Shown: one piece after another, positions 9,479-19,565 of the stretch
How the letters are laid out: the number at the start of each line of letters is the position of its first letter
How positions within the stretch are numbered: position 1 is the stretch's first letter
IMG/VR virus record: IMGVR_UViG_3300045930_000291
Length of the DNA stretch: 64,000 nucleotides
Reading direction: 5' to 3' (one strand)
Origin: an uncultured virus (IMG/VR IMGVR_UViG_3300045930_000291)
Lineage: Duplodnaviria; Heunggongvirae; Uroviricota; Caudoviricetes
Made by a program: the position numbers and the translations under genes
Notes under the pieces: model-generated
The model's input: the letters and a program-made list of their open reading frames with translations, nothing else
The model's database searches: none
Told to the model about the DNA's origin: nothing

Positions 9479-10036
9479 ATGACCACCGTCGTGGCTGCCG
9501 AGCGGTGTACCGCGCGCCGAAAGTCGGGCGAGCGGTGCAAGCGGTGGCCGCGCCGCGGGGCGACAGTCTGCGACTCGCACGGGGCCGCCGCTCCCCAGGT
9601 GAAGGCCGCAGCTGCCCGCCGCGTCTCGCTGGCCGAGGCGATGCGGGCCGAAGACCCACGCCACCCCCTCGAAGTGCTCGGTGACGCCCTGCACGGGGTG
9701 GATGTGCTAGCTCGCAAAACGCAGGAGCAGCTGACCGCGGGTGAGTTGGATGCCGGGTTGGTGCAAGCGTTGCTGGATTCGCTGAAGACCCAGGCCACGA
9801 TGGCGAAGCTCGTTCTCGATGCCGGTGGGGATGGCTGGTCGGGCCGGGAGGCTATGCGCCGTCAGGGTGTGGCGGTGGCCGAGGTGGTGCGGGAGACGTT
9901 GCGGGGGTTGGGGATTGATGCGTCGAGTGACGTTGCGGTGGCGGCGTTTCATGCGGCTGTGCGGAAGGTGGCGGGGGTTGCGCCGGCGCCGGCGAAGCGG
10001 AAGGCAATCGAAGCGAAGGTGGTCAAGGATGAATGA
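9479..10036 (+). CDS. HGGxSTG-type protein; candidate terminase small subunit
   Basis: RCTARRKSGERC...GATVCDSHGAAAPQVKAAAARR. Confidence 0.6.
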   Translation: MTTVVAAERCTARRKSGERCKRWPRRGATVCDSHGAAAPQVKAAAARRVSLAEAMRAEDPRHPLEVLGDALHGVDVLARKTQEQLTAGELDAGLVQALLDSLKTQATMAKLVLDAGGDGWSGREAMRRQGVAVAEVVRETLRGLGIDASSDVAVAAFHAAVRKVAGVAPAPAKRKAIEAKVVKDE

Positions 10037-10104
10037 TTTGAAGATCGTCGAACAACACCATAACGTGCACTATGGTTGGTCAGCCGATGGCTATTATGGT
10101 GTCT

Positions 10105-10557
10105 ATGGAGACGAAGCGATGCGCCGACTGCGGGGAGACCAAGCAGGTCAGCGAGTTCTACCGGATCGGCAAGGGCATGATCGGCTACCGGCCGTACTGC
10201 AAGCCGTGCCAGAAGGCCAAACGCCGAGCCGCCTACGAGCGAGCGGGCGGCAAGGACGTCCCGTACACCCAACTGCTCAGGCAGCGGTACGGGATCACCC
10301 TGGCCGAGTACAACGCCCAATTGCGCAGGCAGGCCCACCGCTGTGCCATCTGCCGCCGACCAGAGACCATGCGCTACAAGAACGGGACGCTGCGCCGCCT
10401 GGCCGTCGACCACGACCACGTCACCGGACGGCTACGTGGCCTGCTGTGCCATCGGTGCAACATCCTGGTCTGGGCGTTCGAGGAGAACCACACCACGCTG
10501 ACCGCGATCGAGGACTACCTCGACGCCTTCAGGCGTTCGTTCGCTGTTCCGGGGTAG
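10105..10557 (+). CDS. Endonuclease VII family protein
   Basis: YGITLAEY...CAIC...LAVDHDHVTGRLRGLLCHRCN. Confidence 0.85.
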   Translation: METKRCADCGETKQVSEFYRIGKGMIGYRPYCKPCQKAKRRAAYERAGGKDVPYTQLLRQRYGITLAEYNAQLRRQAHRCAICRRPETMRYKNGTLRRLAVDHDHVTGRLRGLLCHRCNILVWAFEENHTTLTAIEDYLDAFRRSFAVPG

Positions 10558-10686
10558 CCCCGAAACGGCCCCGCCCGCCCGCTGTAGTGGCCGCTGAGCG
10601 ACGTTCGGGCCTCCGGGCACCGTCGGGACAGCCCCACCCCCAGGGCGGCAACGTAGCCCACCGTGGCGCACAGCGGGCAGGCGGCC

Positions 10687-10857
10687 ATGCGTAGGCCAAC
10701 GGGCCGCCTCCGAACGCGGTGGTTCAGGCGCCGTAACTGGAGCTGGCGAGTCGGGTTCGTCCGCCACGAGTGGTGGATAGGGGCCCGCTACGACTTCGCT
10801 GCCGACGTGTGGATGGTCGGCCTGTTCGGCGCGGTGCTGGTGGTGGCTCGTGGCTGA
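10687..10857 (+). CDS. Small hypothetical protein
   Basis: ORF overlapping next start; WWIGARYD. Confidence 0.5.
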   Translation: MRRPTGRLRTRWFRRRNWSWRVGFVRHEWWIGARYDFAADVWMVGLFGAVLVVARG

Positions 10858-11458
10858 CGTCTTCGCCACCATCGACGCCACCCTCGACGGCCGCTGCGCT
10901 TGTGGCTGTGGCACCGTCCTCGTGACGGACGGCCCGTCGGTTTGGTTCGCCGGTCCAGCCCACCAGCGCCGGTTCGAGGAAGCGCACGCCACCGATCCGG
11001 CCGACGTGTATCGCCGCACCGACGCGGCCCAGGTGCTCGTCGGTGCGGACCATGTGCCGATCCCGCTGCAGGAGGCCGGCGCCACCGGCTGCGCCGACCC
11101 TGTCTGGCCGCCCGAAGCGTTCGACTGGCGAGCCTGGTTTGCCCATCGGGCTTACTGGTGCGAGGACGACATCGTCACCGCCGCGCCGGCGCCACGGCCA
11201 CCCGAACCCGGCGAGGTGTGGACCAACCTGCAACGCATGTTCGGCCAGATCCTGTCGTCGATGCGTCCGCGCCGCCTCGAGTGCGGAACCCGCGTCCGCG
11301 AATCGATGGCTCTCATCACCCAATCACCTCGGGAATGGTCTGAGGGCACGCTGTTCGGCATCCCCATCGTGGTCGACGAGTCGATGCCCCCCAACCGTTG
11401 GCGCGTCATCGACCGAGACGGCAACGTGGTTCTGTACGAGGGGACCGATGGCCCATGA
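10850..11458 (+). CDS. Hypothetical protein
   Basis: CACGC near N-terminus; coupled. Confidence 0.65.
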   Translation: MADVFATIDATLDGRCACGCGTVLVTDGPSVWFAGPAHQRRFEEAHATDPADVYRRTDAAQVLVGADHVPIPLQEAGATGCADPVWPPEAFDWRAWFAHRAYWCEDDIVTAAPAPRPPEPGEVWTNLQRMFGQILSSMRPRRLECGTRVRESMALITQSPREWSEGTLFGIPIVVDESMPPNRWRVIDRDGNVVLYEGTDGP

Positions 11459-12312
11459 CCTATACCGTCGGCCCCTGCGCCGCCAACGAAGCGTGCCGCA
11501 ACTACGACCCCCACACCGGACAGGCAGGCGACGCCGAAGCCCACGCCCTCTGCGACACCTGCCTCCGAGTAGCCGCCTTCGCCGTCCAGGCCCTACCGAG
11601 AGACTGGCTCGACCTCGAACAGCTCCTACCCAAACCGCTCGGCCAATGGGGCGACGGCCAACCCCGAGGCCACAACGGCCCCCCAGCCCCGATCAACCTC
11701 GCCGCCGAAGCCCTCCAGCAAGCGATTTGGTGGACCGCAACAGCCTGGGAAGGCGTAGCCCGCGACCTGCACCACCTCTCACCCACGCCGTACCGCCGCC
11801 CCGGCCCCGGCCCCCGCATCTGCCGCCTCGTGGCCACAGTGGACGGACAGATCGACGTCGTATGGTCCGACGGCCGCATCGAACACCCATCAGCCCGACC
11901 CCGCACCATGCGCCCCGGCCCGGCCGATGTGGTCCGCGCCGCCAACATCCTGCACCCCCGCCTCGGCCCACTGTCCGATGTGGACCCCGTCCCGCTGCTT
12001 GACTACCCCCTCGCCGACCCCGACCAGGCGACCGTCCTGGCCGGCCACACCCATATCGAGGTGCCCGGCTGGCAGGGCGTGCTGGACCTGGCCACCCTGC
12101 ACCGCCGCGCCGTGGCCATGCTCGGCCTGACCCAGCCCACCAGGCGCCTTCCCGGCGCCTGCCCGGAGCGGGGCTGCGGCGTGGAGGACCTGCGCCAGGA
12201 CCAGCCGCGGTTCCGCGGCGACGAACCGTTTGTCTACTGTGGAGCGTGCGCCACGCAGTGGCCGTACGACGACTACCGACGCAACACCAGCCCCTGGGAG
12301 GTGGCCGCATGA
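11455..12312 (+). CDS. Zinc-finger phage protein; possible late-gene regulator
   Basis: N-terminal LCDTC; C-terminal RRLPGACPERGC...VYCGACATQW; typical of actinophage genes upstream of the packaging module. Confidence 0.6.
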   Translation: MTYTVGPCAANEACRNYDPHTGQAGDAEAHALCDTCLRVAAFAVQALPRDWLDLEQLLPKPLGQWGDGQPRGHNGPPAPINLAAEALQQAIWWTATAWEGVARDLHHLSPTPYRRPGPGPRICRLVATVDGQIDVVWSDGRIEHPSARPRTMRPGPADVVRAANILHPRLGPLSDVDPVPLLDYPLADPDQATVLAGHTHIEVPGWQGVLDLATLHRRAVAMLGLTQPTRRLPGACPERGCGVEDLRQDQPRFRGDEPFVYCGACATQWPYDDYRRNTSPWEVAA

Positions 12313-12521
12313 CGACCCAACGAGACCGATTCCTTGAGGCACCGGACATGGTCTACTTCGTAATCGCATTCACCGCGGACGGTCGCCAGGTCCAAGTCGG
12401 CGGCGCACATGTCGACAGGATCCGGGCACACGAACTGGCCAAAGCCGAGGCCAGCGTGGCCCACACCACCGCCTATGTCGTTGGTGTCGATATCACCTAC
12501 CTCGCAGAGGTCCCAGCATGA
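12309..12521 (+). CDS. Hypothetical protein
   Basis: ATGA coupling, GGAGG RBS. Confidence 0.6.
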   Translation: MTTQRDRFLEAPDMVYFVIAFTADGRQVQVGGAHVDRIRAHELAKAEASVAHTTAYVVGVDITYLAEVPA

Positions 12522-12901
12522 GCAGCGTCTACCGGCTGTTGTGCCTGTCCCACGACCCCGCCATCGACATCGACATGGACTACGCCAGCGCCGAATCAGC
12601 CCTCGAAGCCGGGCGCACCCGAACCGCCTCGGCTGCCCTTCATGCCGATTGCGTCCTGTTCGTCGGCCGCTACTCGGCCTCCCTCGTCGAGGTCTGCTGT
12701 CCGCGGTCGGTCCGCAGCGACTACCGCTGGTGTGCCTCGTATCACCCGAACAGTGATCACTGGGTTGACGCTGGCTGGTTGCGGCTGCTGGCCCTGGTGG
12801 ACGAGGCGACAGCCAAACGGGCCCAGCACACCGGCTGCTGGCGTTGGGATACCGCACGGCGGTTGCGTTTCGAGCTCGGCCTTGAGGGGGCGATGCCGTG
12901 A
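12518..12901 (+). CDS. Hypothetical protein
   Basis: Coupled ORF MSSVYRLLCLSHDPA. Confidence 0.7.
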   Translation: MSSVYRLLCLSHDPAIDIDMDYASAESALEAGRTRTASAALHADCVLFVGRYSASLVEVCCPRSVRSDYRWCASYHPNSDHWVDAGWLRLLALVDEATAKRAQHTGCWRWDTARRLRFELGLEGAMP

Positions 12902-13245
12902 CCACCACCCCCACACCCGAGGCGTACCCGCACTGGACGGCCGACCCCGACACGGGTGTGGCCAATTCGTCCGTCGAGTTTCTGTTCGAATGGCTCATCC
13001 GCAACGATGCCTACGCCCTGCTGAGCGGCGCGGCAGGCAAGACGGCACGGCTCATCGTCGCTCAACTTGCCCACAAGTACCGGCTTGGACCGTGGGATCT
13101 CGCCGTCACCGAGGGCCGCCGCATGGCCGCGGCCGACATCCGTTCCACCATCATCGCCGGCTCGCACCCTCCACAGTGGGCGGTCCCGAGGGCTTCGGAT
13201 CTGCAGGAGTGGGCCGCCACCATCGCCGAAGGGAGAACCGAATGA
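12898..13245 (+). CDS. Hypothetical protein
   Basis: Coupled ORF. Confidence 0.6.
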   Translation: MTTTPTPEAYPHWTADPDTGVANSSVEFLFEWLIRNDAYALLSGAAGKTARLIVAQLAHKYRLGPWDLAVTEGRRMAAADIRSTIIAGSHPPQWAVPRASDLQEWAATIAEGRTE

Positions 13246-13739
13246 ACCTGACCTGCCAACCCGCCGATGTGGGCGGCTTCGCCAACCTCGACGCCGTGAT
13301 CAACGCCGTCCACGGCATGTACGCCCAGATGCATCCCCGCGACCGGATGGACGCGGTGCTGGTGGTGCACCCGAGGATGCGCGAGGTGGTGCAGAGGGGT
13401 GCCGCGATGATGCGCGGCTGGCGGCCCAAACCACCGCCGCCACTCGTCACGGCTGAGGAGGCGGCCGAGGCCAGGGTCAGGCTGCTCACCGACGCGCCAC
13501 CGGTGGACAGACTGCTCGGGATCCGCATGGAGACGTTCGACCTGCCCGACTGGCGCACGATCGAGTTGTGGGCCGAGAACGACCACGACCGGGCGTTGCG
13601 CCGCGCGCAGGAGCGCGGCCAGATCGTCAACGTGGTCAGGCCCGAGTCGTTCGCCATCCCAGACTTCCCACTGCCAGTCAAGCCGACGCTCGGCGCGCTG
13701 CTGCGGCACTGGGGTAACCGGCTGAGGGGGCGCCCATGA
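13242..13739 (+). CDS. Hypothetical protein
   Basis: ATGA coupling. Confidence 0.6.
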   Translation: MNLTCQPADVGGFANLDAVINAVHGMYAQMHPRDRMDAVLVVHPRMREVVQRGAAMMRGWRPKPPPPLVTAEEAAEARVRLLTDAPPVDRLLGIRMETFDLPDWRTIELWAENDHDRALRRAQERGQIVNVVRPESFAIPDFPLPVKPTLGALLRHWGNRLRGRP

Positions 13740-14104
13740 CCGACGCCGAGATCGCGCCACCCGAGGCCCACTCCAGGGACTGTGAGTGCGAACGCTGGCG
13801 CGACGGTGCCACCACCTGCCCGGTCCACGGGACCGAACGTGGCGCCACCTTCGACCCGGCCCAGTTCGTCGTCCACCTTGGACGCGACGCCACTACCAAC
13901 GACCCAACCCTCACCATGGAGTGCCACCAACAGGTGATGCTTGCCATGCCGGACGGCTGGTCAACGGGGGGCATGACATCCGGCCACCCATCGAGTGCCA
14001 CCTCCGTTGACCTCGCCGTAGATGGCATAGACGTCGGCCACACGCTGGCGGACCTGCTCCGCCTCGCCCGCGAGCATCACGACCGATGGCATGGTGGGAC
14101 ATGA
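13736..14104 (+). CDS. Hypothetical protein
   Basis: ATGA coupling. Confidence 0.6.
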   Translation: MTDAEIAPPEAHSRDCECERWRDGATTCPVHGTERGATFDPAQFVVHLGRDATTNDPTLTMECHQQVMLAMPDGWSTGGMTSGHPSSATSVDLAVDGIDVGHTLADLLRLAREHHDRWHGGT

Positions 14105-14457
14105 CTGAACCGATCGTTGAGGAGTGCGGCGTCTGCTGGGCGTCGCACTCGTGCCACCTGCCGGTGCGGCACGACGGCGACCACGCCTGTATCGACGAAG
14201 ACGACGACAAGGGCGAACCGCACGCGACATGTCCCCGGACCGGGCCTGTGGGTTACGGCGAGGAGTTTCTGTACCAGGTCGACCTACTGCGCTATGACGG
14301 CGAATTCTGTGACATCTGCGGACCGGTCGAACGGGCACCGCACATCAACGCCGTTCTCGACCACGCCATGCTCGCCCACCCCGACCGCTGGGCCGAGGAG
14401 TACGCGGCCCAGTACACCGACTACCTGGGCGGCGGACGGTGGCGGGAACGCCCATGA
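14101..14457 (+). CDS. Cys/His-rich hypothetical protein
   Basis: ATGA coupling. Confidence 0.6.
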   Translation: MTEPIVEECGVCWASHSCHLPVRHDGDHACIDEDDDKGEPHATCPRTGPVGYGEEFLYQVDLLRYDGEFCDICGPVERAPHINAVLDHAMLAHPDRWAEEYAAQYTDYLGGGRWRERP

Positions 14458-14654
14458 CCGTCGACATCTGGGCCGCCCTCGCGCAGCGTTGCCGCCAGCC
14501 GCTTCAGCCGGTGTGCGCCTGCCCCGACCTCGACGTCACCGGCCTGGACGCATACCGCAGCGGTGAGCGGGAGTACATCAAGGGCTGGGCGGCCGGCTGT
14601 CCGGTGCACGGCCATGACGGCACGCAGCCCACGTACGCGAGGCGGCGGCTATGA
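14454..14654 (+). CDS. Small Cys-containing hypothetical protein
   Basis: ATGA coupling; CAC...CPVHG. Confidence 0.6.
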   Translation: MTVDIWAALAQRCRQPLQPVCACPDLDVTGLDAYRSGEREYIKGWAAGCPVHGHDGTQPTYARRRL

Positions 14655-14971
14655 GCGACGAAGGCTGGGAGGCGCGCATGGCCGCGCGTGCCCGCCAGCG
14701 CGCCGCCGCAGCGCTACAGCCAGAACCGGACGAGGAGACCAAGGCCCTACGGGCGAGGCTGCGTGAGCAGGAGCGCCTGTGGGAAGCCTGGCTGCAGGAG
14801 ACGCTCACGCTTGGTGCGGCGACAGACTGGCGCAGGCTAACGCTGCCGGGGTGTGCCTGCGCTGGCGGCCCGCTCTGCTGCATGCGCCGGGCCCGGGTTG
14901 CCGAACGGCTCCAGCACGCGGCGCACATCGTGGCGCGACTGCTCGCCGACCGAGCCCGGGGGCCGGCGTGA
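14651..14971 (+). CDS. Hypothetical protein
   Basis: ATGA coupling. Confidence 0.55.
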   Translation: MSDEGWEARMAARARQRAAAALQPEPDEETKALRARLREQERLWEAWLQETLTLGAATDWRRLTLPGCACAGGPLCCMRRARVAERLQHAAHIVARLLADRARGPA

Positions 14972-15324
14972 CCCGCTGGCCGTTTCCCGGCGACACCCCC
15001 ACCGACCGGGCCCGCCGCATCGCCAACACCCTCCTGGCCCTGCTGCCCGACGACGAACGGGCGCGGATGACCGCCCGCGCACACGCGCTCGGCGAAACCT
15101 GGCTCGGCACGGACCTGCTCCGGTTCACCACCGACGATCTGCTGCCGCCGCGGGACGCGGCCGCCATCGTCCACGCCACCCCCGACAAACTCCGCTCCTG
15201 GGTGCGCATGGGCGTACTCGCCCGGGTCGGCCGCTGCTACCGGGTCGGCGATGTGCTCGACGCCGCCGCCGAGGTGCGCCGCCGGGCCGCGCGTCGTCGC
15301 ACGTCGCCGGTTGCCAAAGCGTGA
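14968..15324 (+). CDS. HTH DNA-binding protein
   Basis: WPFPGDTPTDRARRIA N-terminus; MerR/Xis-like C-terminus TPDKLRSWVRMG...YRVGDV. Confidence 0.65.
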   Translation: MTRWPFPGDTPTDRARRIANTLLALLPDDERARMTARAHALGETWLGTDLLRFTTDDLLPPRDAAAIVHATPDKLRSWVRMGVLARVGRCYRVGDVLDAAAEVRRRAARRRTSPVAKA

Positions 15325-15340
15325 TCGTAACGCATACCAT
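15311..15340 (+). promoter_or_regulatory. Candidate sigma70-type promoter for the packaging/structural operon
   Basis: TTGCCA-N18-TACCAT. Confidence 0.4.
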
Positions 15341-15394
15341 CCGGTTGGATCATTCTGTCCGCAGCCCGGACAGGGTGGGGGTGGTGGGTACGCC

Positions 15395-15784
15395 GTGGCG
15401 TCATCGAACCCTCTGCGGGTGATCTCGAAGGCGCTGCACCCGCTGGCCCTCCAGGTGCTCAAGCTCGCCAAGGATCTGGCCGACCTCACCGACGCCGGCA
15501 AGGCGTATCGGCCCCGCCGCTTCTCCCAGGCGGCCACCAACGTGCCCAACGGCAACTCGACGCTGGCGATCACCTGGTCGCCGGACATCACCACCCCCGG
15601 CTATGTCGTGGTGGCCACCGTCGTCACCGGCGCGGGCAACGTGGGCCAGGTCTTCGCCGCGGTCCAGAACGGCTCGACGGCGCCCGGTGGCTGCACGCTG
15701 CTGATCCGCAACACCTCCGGTGGCACCGTGTCGGCCGGTCTGGACGTGGCCATCCACCCGGTGCCCACCGCCGCCGCCAGCTGA
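15395..15784 (+). CDS. Hypothetical beta-rich protein, possibly virion-associated
   Basis: Coiled N-terminus plus Thr/Gly/Val-rich domain. Confidence 0.55.
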   Translation: MASSNPLRVISKALHPLALQVLKLAKDLADLTDAGKAYRPRRFSQAATNVPNGNSTLAITWSPDITTPGYVVVATVVTGAGNVGQVFAAVQNGSTAPGGCTLLIRNTSGGTVSAGLDVAIHPVPTAAAS

Positions 15785-15795
15785 TCGGAGGCACC

Positions 15796-16152
15796 GTGAC
15801 CGTCGAGATCACCGTGACCGGTCCGGTCACTGTCAACCAGTTCGACCCGGCCGCCATCAACGCGCCGGTACTCGCAGCACTGACCGCAATGGAGGAACGC
15901 ATCGTGGCTACCGAGGCCGAGCAGATCACCGTCCTGTCCGCCAAGTTCGACGACCTGGTTGCCGACGTCCGTGCCGCGCTGGCCGCGCTGGCCGCCGACC
16001 GGGACAACCTCGGTGCCGACGGCCAGGCCGCCCTCGACTCGCTGACGGCTGCGGTGGACGCCTTCGACGCCGAGGTGGGCGACGCCGACCACAGCGACGA
16101 CACTCCGCCCGAGCCCCCAGCCGAGCCGGCCGCCGAGGAACCGACCGCCTGA
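15796..16152 (+). CDS. Acidic coiled-coil hypothetical protein
   Basis: GGAGG RBS; followed by a GC hairpin at about 16177-16220. Confidence 0.7.
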   Translation: MTVEITVTGPVTVNQFDPAAINAPVLAALTAMEERIVATEAEQITVLSAKFDDLVADVRAALAALAADRDNLGADGQAALDSLTAAVDAFDAEVGDADHSDDTPPEPPAEPAAEEPTA

Positions 16153-16229
16153 CCATTCGCCCCCACCCCCCCGGGGCTCGGGCCGGTCGGAGCTTTGGCG
16201 GCGTCCCGACCGGCCCCGAGGGGGTGGGC

Positions 16230-17687
16230 ATGACCGCACTGGCCCGCCGCATGGCCGACCCGATCTGGGCGGACGCTACCGCGGCGTTCGCCGACCCGGA
16301 CGGGCGGACCATGGTGTACGCCACACCTGGCGAGCTGGCCGCGGCGCTGGATCCCCGATCGGTGCAGACCCCCGCGCTGGATGTGATCGACGACGCGCTC
16401 GTCGACTGTGCCGACGGAGTCTGCGATCGACTCATAGTGAGCATGCCGCCACAGGAAGGTAAATCGACCCGCGTCACTAGGCGGTTCCCGTTCTGGCTGC
16501 TGCGCCGCCGGCCCGAGACCCGCGTGGTGGTCGCCTCATACGAGCACGGCGTGGCCCGCCGCTGGGGCCGCGCGGTCCGCAACGACATCACCGAACGGCC
16601 CGACCTCGGCCTGTCGGTGCGCTCGGACACCTCGGCCGCCCACGAATGGCAGCTGCACGGGTTCGACGGCGGCATGTTCTGCGTCGGCATCGGCGGCGCG
16701 CTGACCGGCCGGCCCGTCGACGTGCTGATCATCGACGACCCGGTCAAGGGTCCGAAGGAAGCCGACTCGCTGACCTTCCGTGACGCCGCCTGGGACTGGT
16801 GGGAGTCGGTCGGGTCGACCCGTCTGGCGCCGGGCGCCTTCGTAGTGGTCGTGATGACCCGTTGGCACGAGGACGACCTGGCTGGCCGGTTGCTGCGCGA
16901 GGAGCCGGACACGTGGCGGCTGCTCAACATCCCGGCCCTGGCCGACCATCGGCCCGAGCTCGGCGAGTCCGATCCGCTCGGCCGCGAACCGGGCGAGTAC
17001 ATGATCTCCGCCCGTCGACGTACGGTCGCCCAGTGGCAGCGCATCCAGACCCAGCGCGGCTCGCGGGTGTGGAGCGCCCTGTATCAGGGCCGGCCGTCGC
17101 CGGGTGAGGGTCTGGTGTTCCGTCGCGAATGGTGGAAGCGGTACGAGACCCCGCAGTGGATCGAGGACGACGGGGTGTGTCGGGCGTTGTCGTTCGACGA
17201 GGTGGCCCAGTCGTGGGACATGGCGTTCAAGGACACCGACGGCGCGGACTTCGTGGTCGGTCAGGTGTGGGGCCGTCGCGGTGACGACGCCTACCTGCTG
17301 GACCAGGTGCGCGGCCGGATGTCGTTTGTGGACACCTGCATGGCGGTCCGGCAGCTCTCGGCCCGCTGGCCGCAGGCGACGGCGAAGTTCGTCGAGGATA
17401 AGGCGAACGGTACGGCGGTCATCAACCAGCTGCGCGCCAAGGTGCCCGGTCTGATTCCGATCGAGCCGGACGGGTCTAAGGTCGCGCGCGCGAGCGCGGT
17501 CAGCCCGTTCGTCGAGGCCGGCAACGTGTGGCTGCCGGTGCCGGAGATCGCGGCGTGGGTGGGTGGGTTCATCGAGGAGTGCGCGAACTTCCCGCTGTCC
17601 ACCCATGACGACCAGGTTGACGCGGCGTCTCAGGCGTTGAACCGGTTGCTGCTCAACGCGGTGCGGCCGCGGGTGAGGTGGATGTGA
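16230..17687 (+). CDS. terL: Terminase large subunit
   Basis: SMPPQEGKST Walker A, IIDDPVKG Walker B, MTRWHEDDLAG, SWDMAFK, VEDKANG, HDDQVDA. Confidence 0.95.
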   Translation: MTALARRMADPIWADATAAFADPDGRTMVYATPGELAAALDPRSVQTPALDVIDDALVDCADGVCDRLIVSMPPQEGKSTRVTRRFPFWLLRRRPETRVVVASYEHGVARRWGRAVRNDITERPDLGLSVRSDTSAAHEWQLHGFDGGMFCVGIGGALTGRPVDVLIIDDPVKGPKEADSLTFRDAAWDWWESVGSTRLAPGAFVVVVMTRWHEDDLAGRLLREEPDTWRLLNIPALADHRPELGESDPLGREPGEYMISARRRTVAQWQRIQTQRGSRVWSALYQGRPSPGEGLVFRREWWKRYETPQWIEDDGVCRALSFDEVAQSWDMAFKDTDGADFVVGQVWGRRGDDAYLLDQVRGRMSFVDTCMAVRQLSARWPQATAKFVEDKANGTAVINQLRAKVPGLIPIEPDGSKVARASAVSPFVEAGNVWLPVPEIAAWVGGFIEECANFPLSTHDDQVDAASQALNRLLLNAVRPRVRWM

Positions 17688-17920
17688 TGGCACGGTCGAC
17701 GATCGACGTGGAGTTGCGGCTCAGCGCCGCGGCGGTGGTGCGGCCGGGCGACACGTTGGTCGTCGCCACGGCTCACCGGCTGTCCGATGCGGAGTGCCAC
17801 GAGCTGCGGGAGCGGGTCGAGTCGTTGCTGCCCGGTGTGCGGGTGGCGCTCGTCGCGCAGTGCACCGGGCTGGCCGTGTACCAGCCCGACAAGGTGGACA
17901 CCTCGACCCTCGTCGACTAG
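17687..17920 (+). CDS. Small hypothetical protein
   Basis: TGATG coupling. Confidence 0.6.
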   Translation: MARSTIDVELRLSAAAVVRPGDTLVVATAHRLSDAECHELRERVESLLPGVRVALVAQCTGLAVYQPDKVDTSTLVD

Positions 17921-17933
17921 GGGGGTGGTGGCC

Positions 17934-19565
17934 GTGCGGCGGTCCACCTTCGCCCTGCGGGTTGTCCAGTCCCGGCATCGCGTCGAACTGGCCGGTCGGA
18001 CCTACCACCGCGACAGGGAAGGTCAGTTCTCTTCCGGCGGCGGCGGTGTCCGCGGGTCGCTGGCCAATGCAGGTTCGATCGGGGAGCTGAACACGGCGAT
18101 TGCCGGCGAGGCGAAACGGATCACCGGGAAGACCATCGAGGTCGACATGGCCGGCTCCGACCTGCAGGTGGCCCGCGAGCACGGCGAGGGCGTGCTGCAG
18201 GCGCTGGAACGGTTCCCCGCCGCGGACCTGGCCTATGTGGGCACGTACGGGCCGGGCGCGCCGAGCAACCCGATCACCCGCCAGCTTGAGGCGAACCAGG
18301 GTGTGGCGTTCGGCGTGACGATGGGTTCGACGGTCCGGTTCAACAACCGCCACGCCGCCAACCCGGACCAGTACCGGGCAGAGCTGGGCAAGAGCGCCGG
18401 CGCGGGGTCCAGGTGGGGGATCCCGACCGACCCGCGGGGTGTGGCCATCCACGAGATGGGCCATGTGGTCGCCCATCAGGGTTCGGTGCGGGCTGTGTAT
18501 GACGACGCGGTTGCCCACGCGGACCGGGCGGGGATGACGCCTGCCCTGTACATCGGCGGCAAGGTGTCCAGGTATGCCGCGTCGTCGATGGGCGAGTATG
18601 CGGCTGAGGCGTTCGCGGACGTGATGTTGAACGGTTCGGGCGCGGCGGATGTGTCGAAGTCGTCGTTCAAGCTCATCGAGCAGGACTATGGCGGTGGAGC
18701 GCGGGCCCGCACCCTTGCCGTGCTGGACCGGACGTACAAGCGGGACAAGGACGGGCAGTTCAGCTCCACGGGTGGCGGTGGCGGCGTCCGGGATTCGCTG
18801 GCTGAGGCGAAGAACGCGGCCCAAGTTGGGACGGTGCTCGCAAGCGAACTGTCGGCCGTAATGGGTCGGAACGTGCACGTCGACCTAAAAGGCATGAACG
18901 TGGATGTTGCCCGCGAGCACGCCGAGGGGGTCCTACGAGTCGCAGAGAGATTCCCCAGTAACGAATTGGGTGAGGTCACCACTTTCGGCGCACGTGGTGT
19001 ATTGGCGCCGGAGGCGATGGGCCCATCACGTAGTGCCCACGCCGTCACCACGCCTGGGCCCGACGGTAGCGGCAGTGACCGGATCGCCTTCAATGTGGGA
19101 ATTACCCCGGCGACTTACCGTCGCAGGCTTGAACGTGGCGACTCCGTTCCGCGGGACCCAACTGGTGTCGCGATCCATGAGATGGGCCACGTGGTCAGCA
19201 TTCACAACAGGTCGATTACTCGGGCGGGGCAGCTGGCCAGCAGGAGCGCGAACGCTGCTGGTGAGAAATTCTTTGACCACATCGGTTCGCAGGTGTCCAA
19301 ATATGGTGCGGCGAGCGAGTATGAGCTGACTGCGGAGGGGTTTGCGGCGACCGTCCTGCACGGAACGGCGGCGAGCAAGCTGTCGCAGGACATTTACGAC
19401 GTGGTTGTGCAGGAGAATGGCGGAGGGTCCCGGGCGAGGTCCGCGCTCACCCTGAACCGCACCTACACACGTGACCGTGAGGGCAAGTTCAGTTCCACCG
19501 GTGGTGGTGGTGGCCCGGAGCAGCTGCATGACGATGAGGTGGTGAGCGTTGAAGGCTCTGGCTGA
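17934..19565 (+). CDS. Tandem two-domain HEMGH zinc-metallopeptidase-like polyprotein with three RTYxRDxxGxFSS tags
   Basis: HEMGH at 18450 and 19176, each followed by Y-x6-E-x2-AE(A/G)F; tags at 17997, 18729, 19458; start may be 17925-17934. Confidence 0.75.
   Translation: MRRSTFALRVVQSRHRVELAGRTYHRDREGQFSSGGGGVRGSLANAGSIGELNTAIAGEAKRITGKTIEVDMAGSDLQVAREHGEGVLQALERFPAADLAYVGTYGPGAPSNPITRQLEANQGVAFGVTMGSTVRFNNRHAANPDQYRAELGKSAGAGSRWGIPTDPRGVAIHEMGHVVAHQGSVRAVYDDAVAHADRAGMTPALYIGGKVSRYAASSMGEYAAEAFADVMLNGSGAADVSKSSFKLIEQDYGGGARARTLAVLDRTYKRDKDGQFSSTGGGGGVRDSLAEAKNAAQVGTVLASELSAVMGRNVHVDLKGMNVDVAREHAEGVLRVAERFPSNELGEVTTFGARGVLAPEAMGPSRSAHAVTTPGPDGSGSDRIAFNVGITPATYRRRLERGDSVPRDPTGVAIHEMGHVVSIHNRSITRAGQLASRSANAAGEKFFDHIGSQVSKYGAASEYELTAEGFAATVLHGTAASKLSQDIYDVVVQENGGGSRARSALTLNRTYTRDREGKFSSTGGGGGPEQLHDDEVVSVEGSG

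Noticed and set aside
8898..9482. 194-aa ORF across the putative origin
   Set aside because: Translation simply mirrors the heptamer repeats (QCV repeats), with atypical codon usage and overlap with the helicase gene
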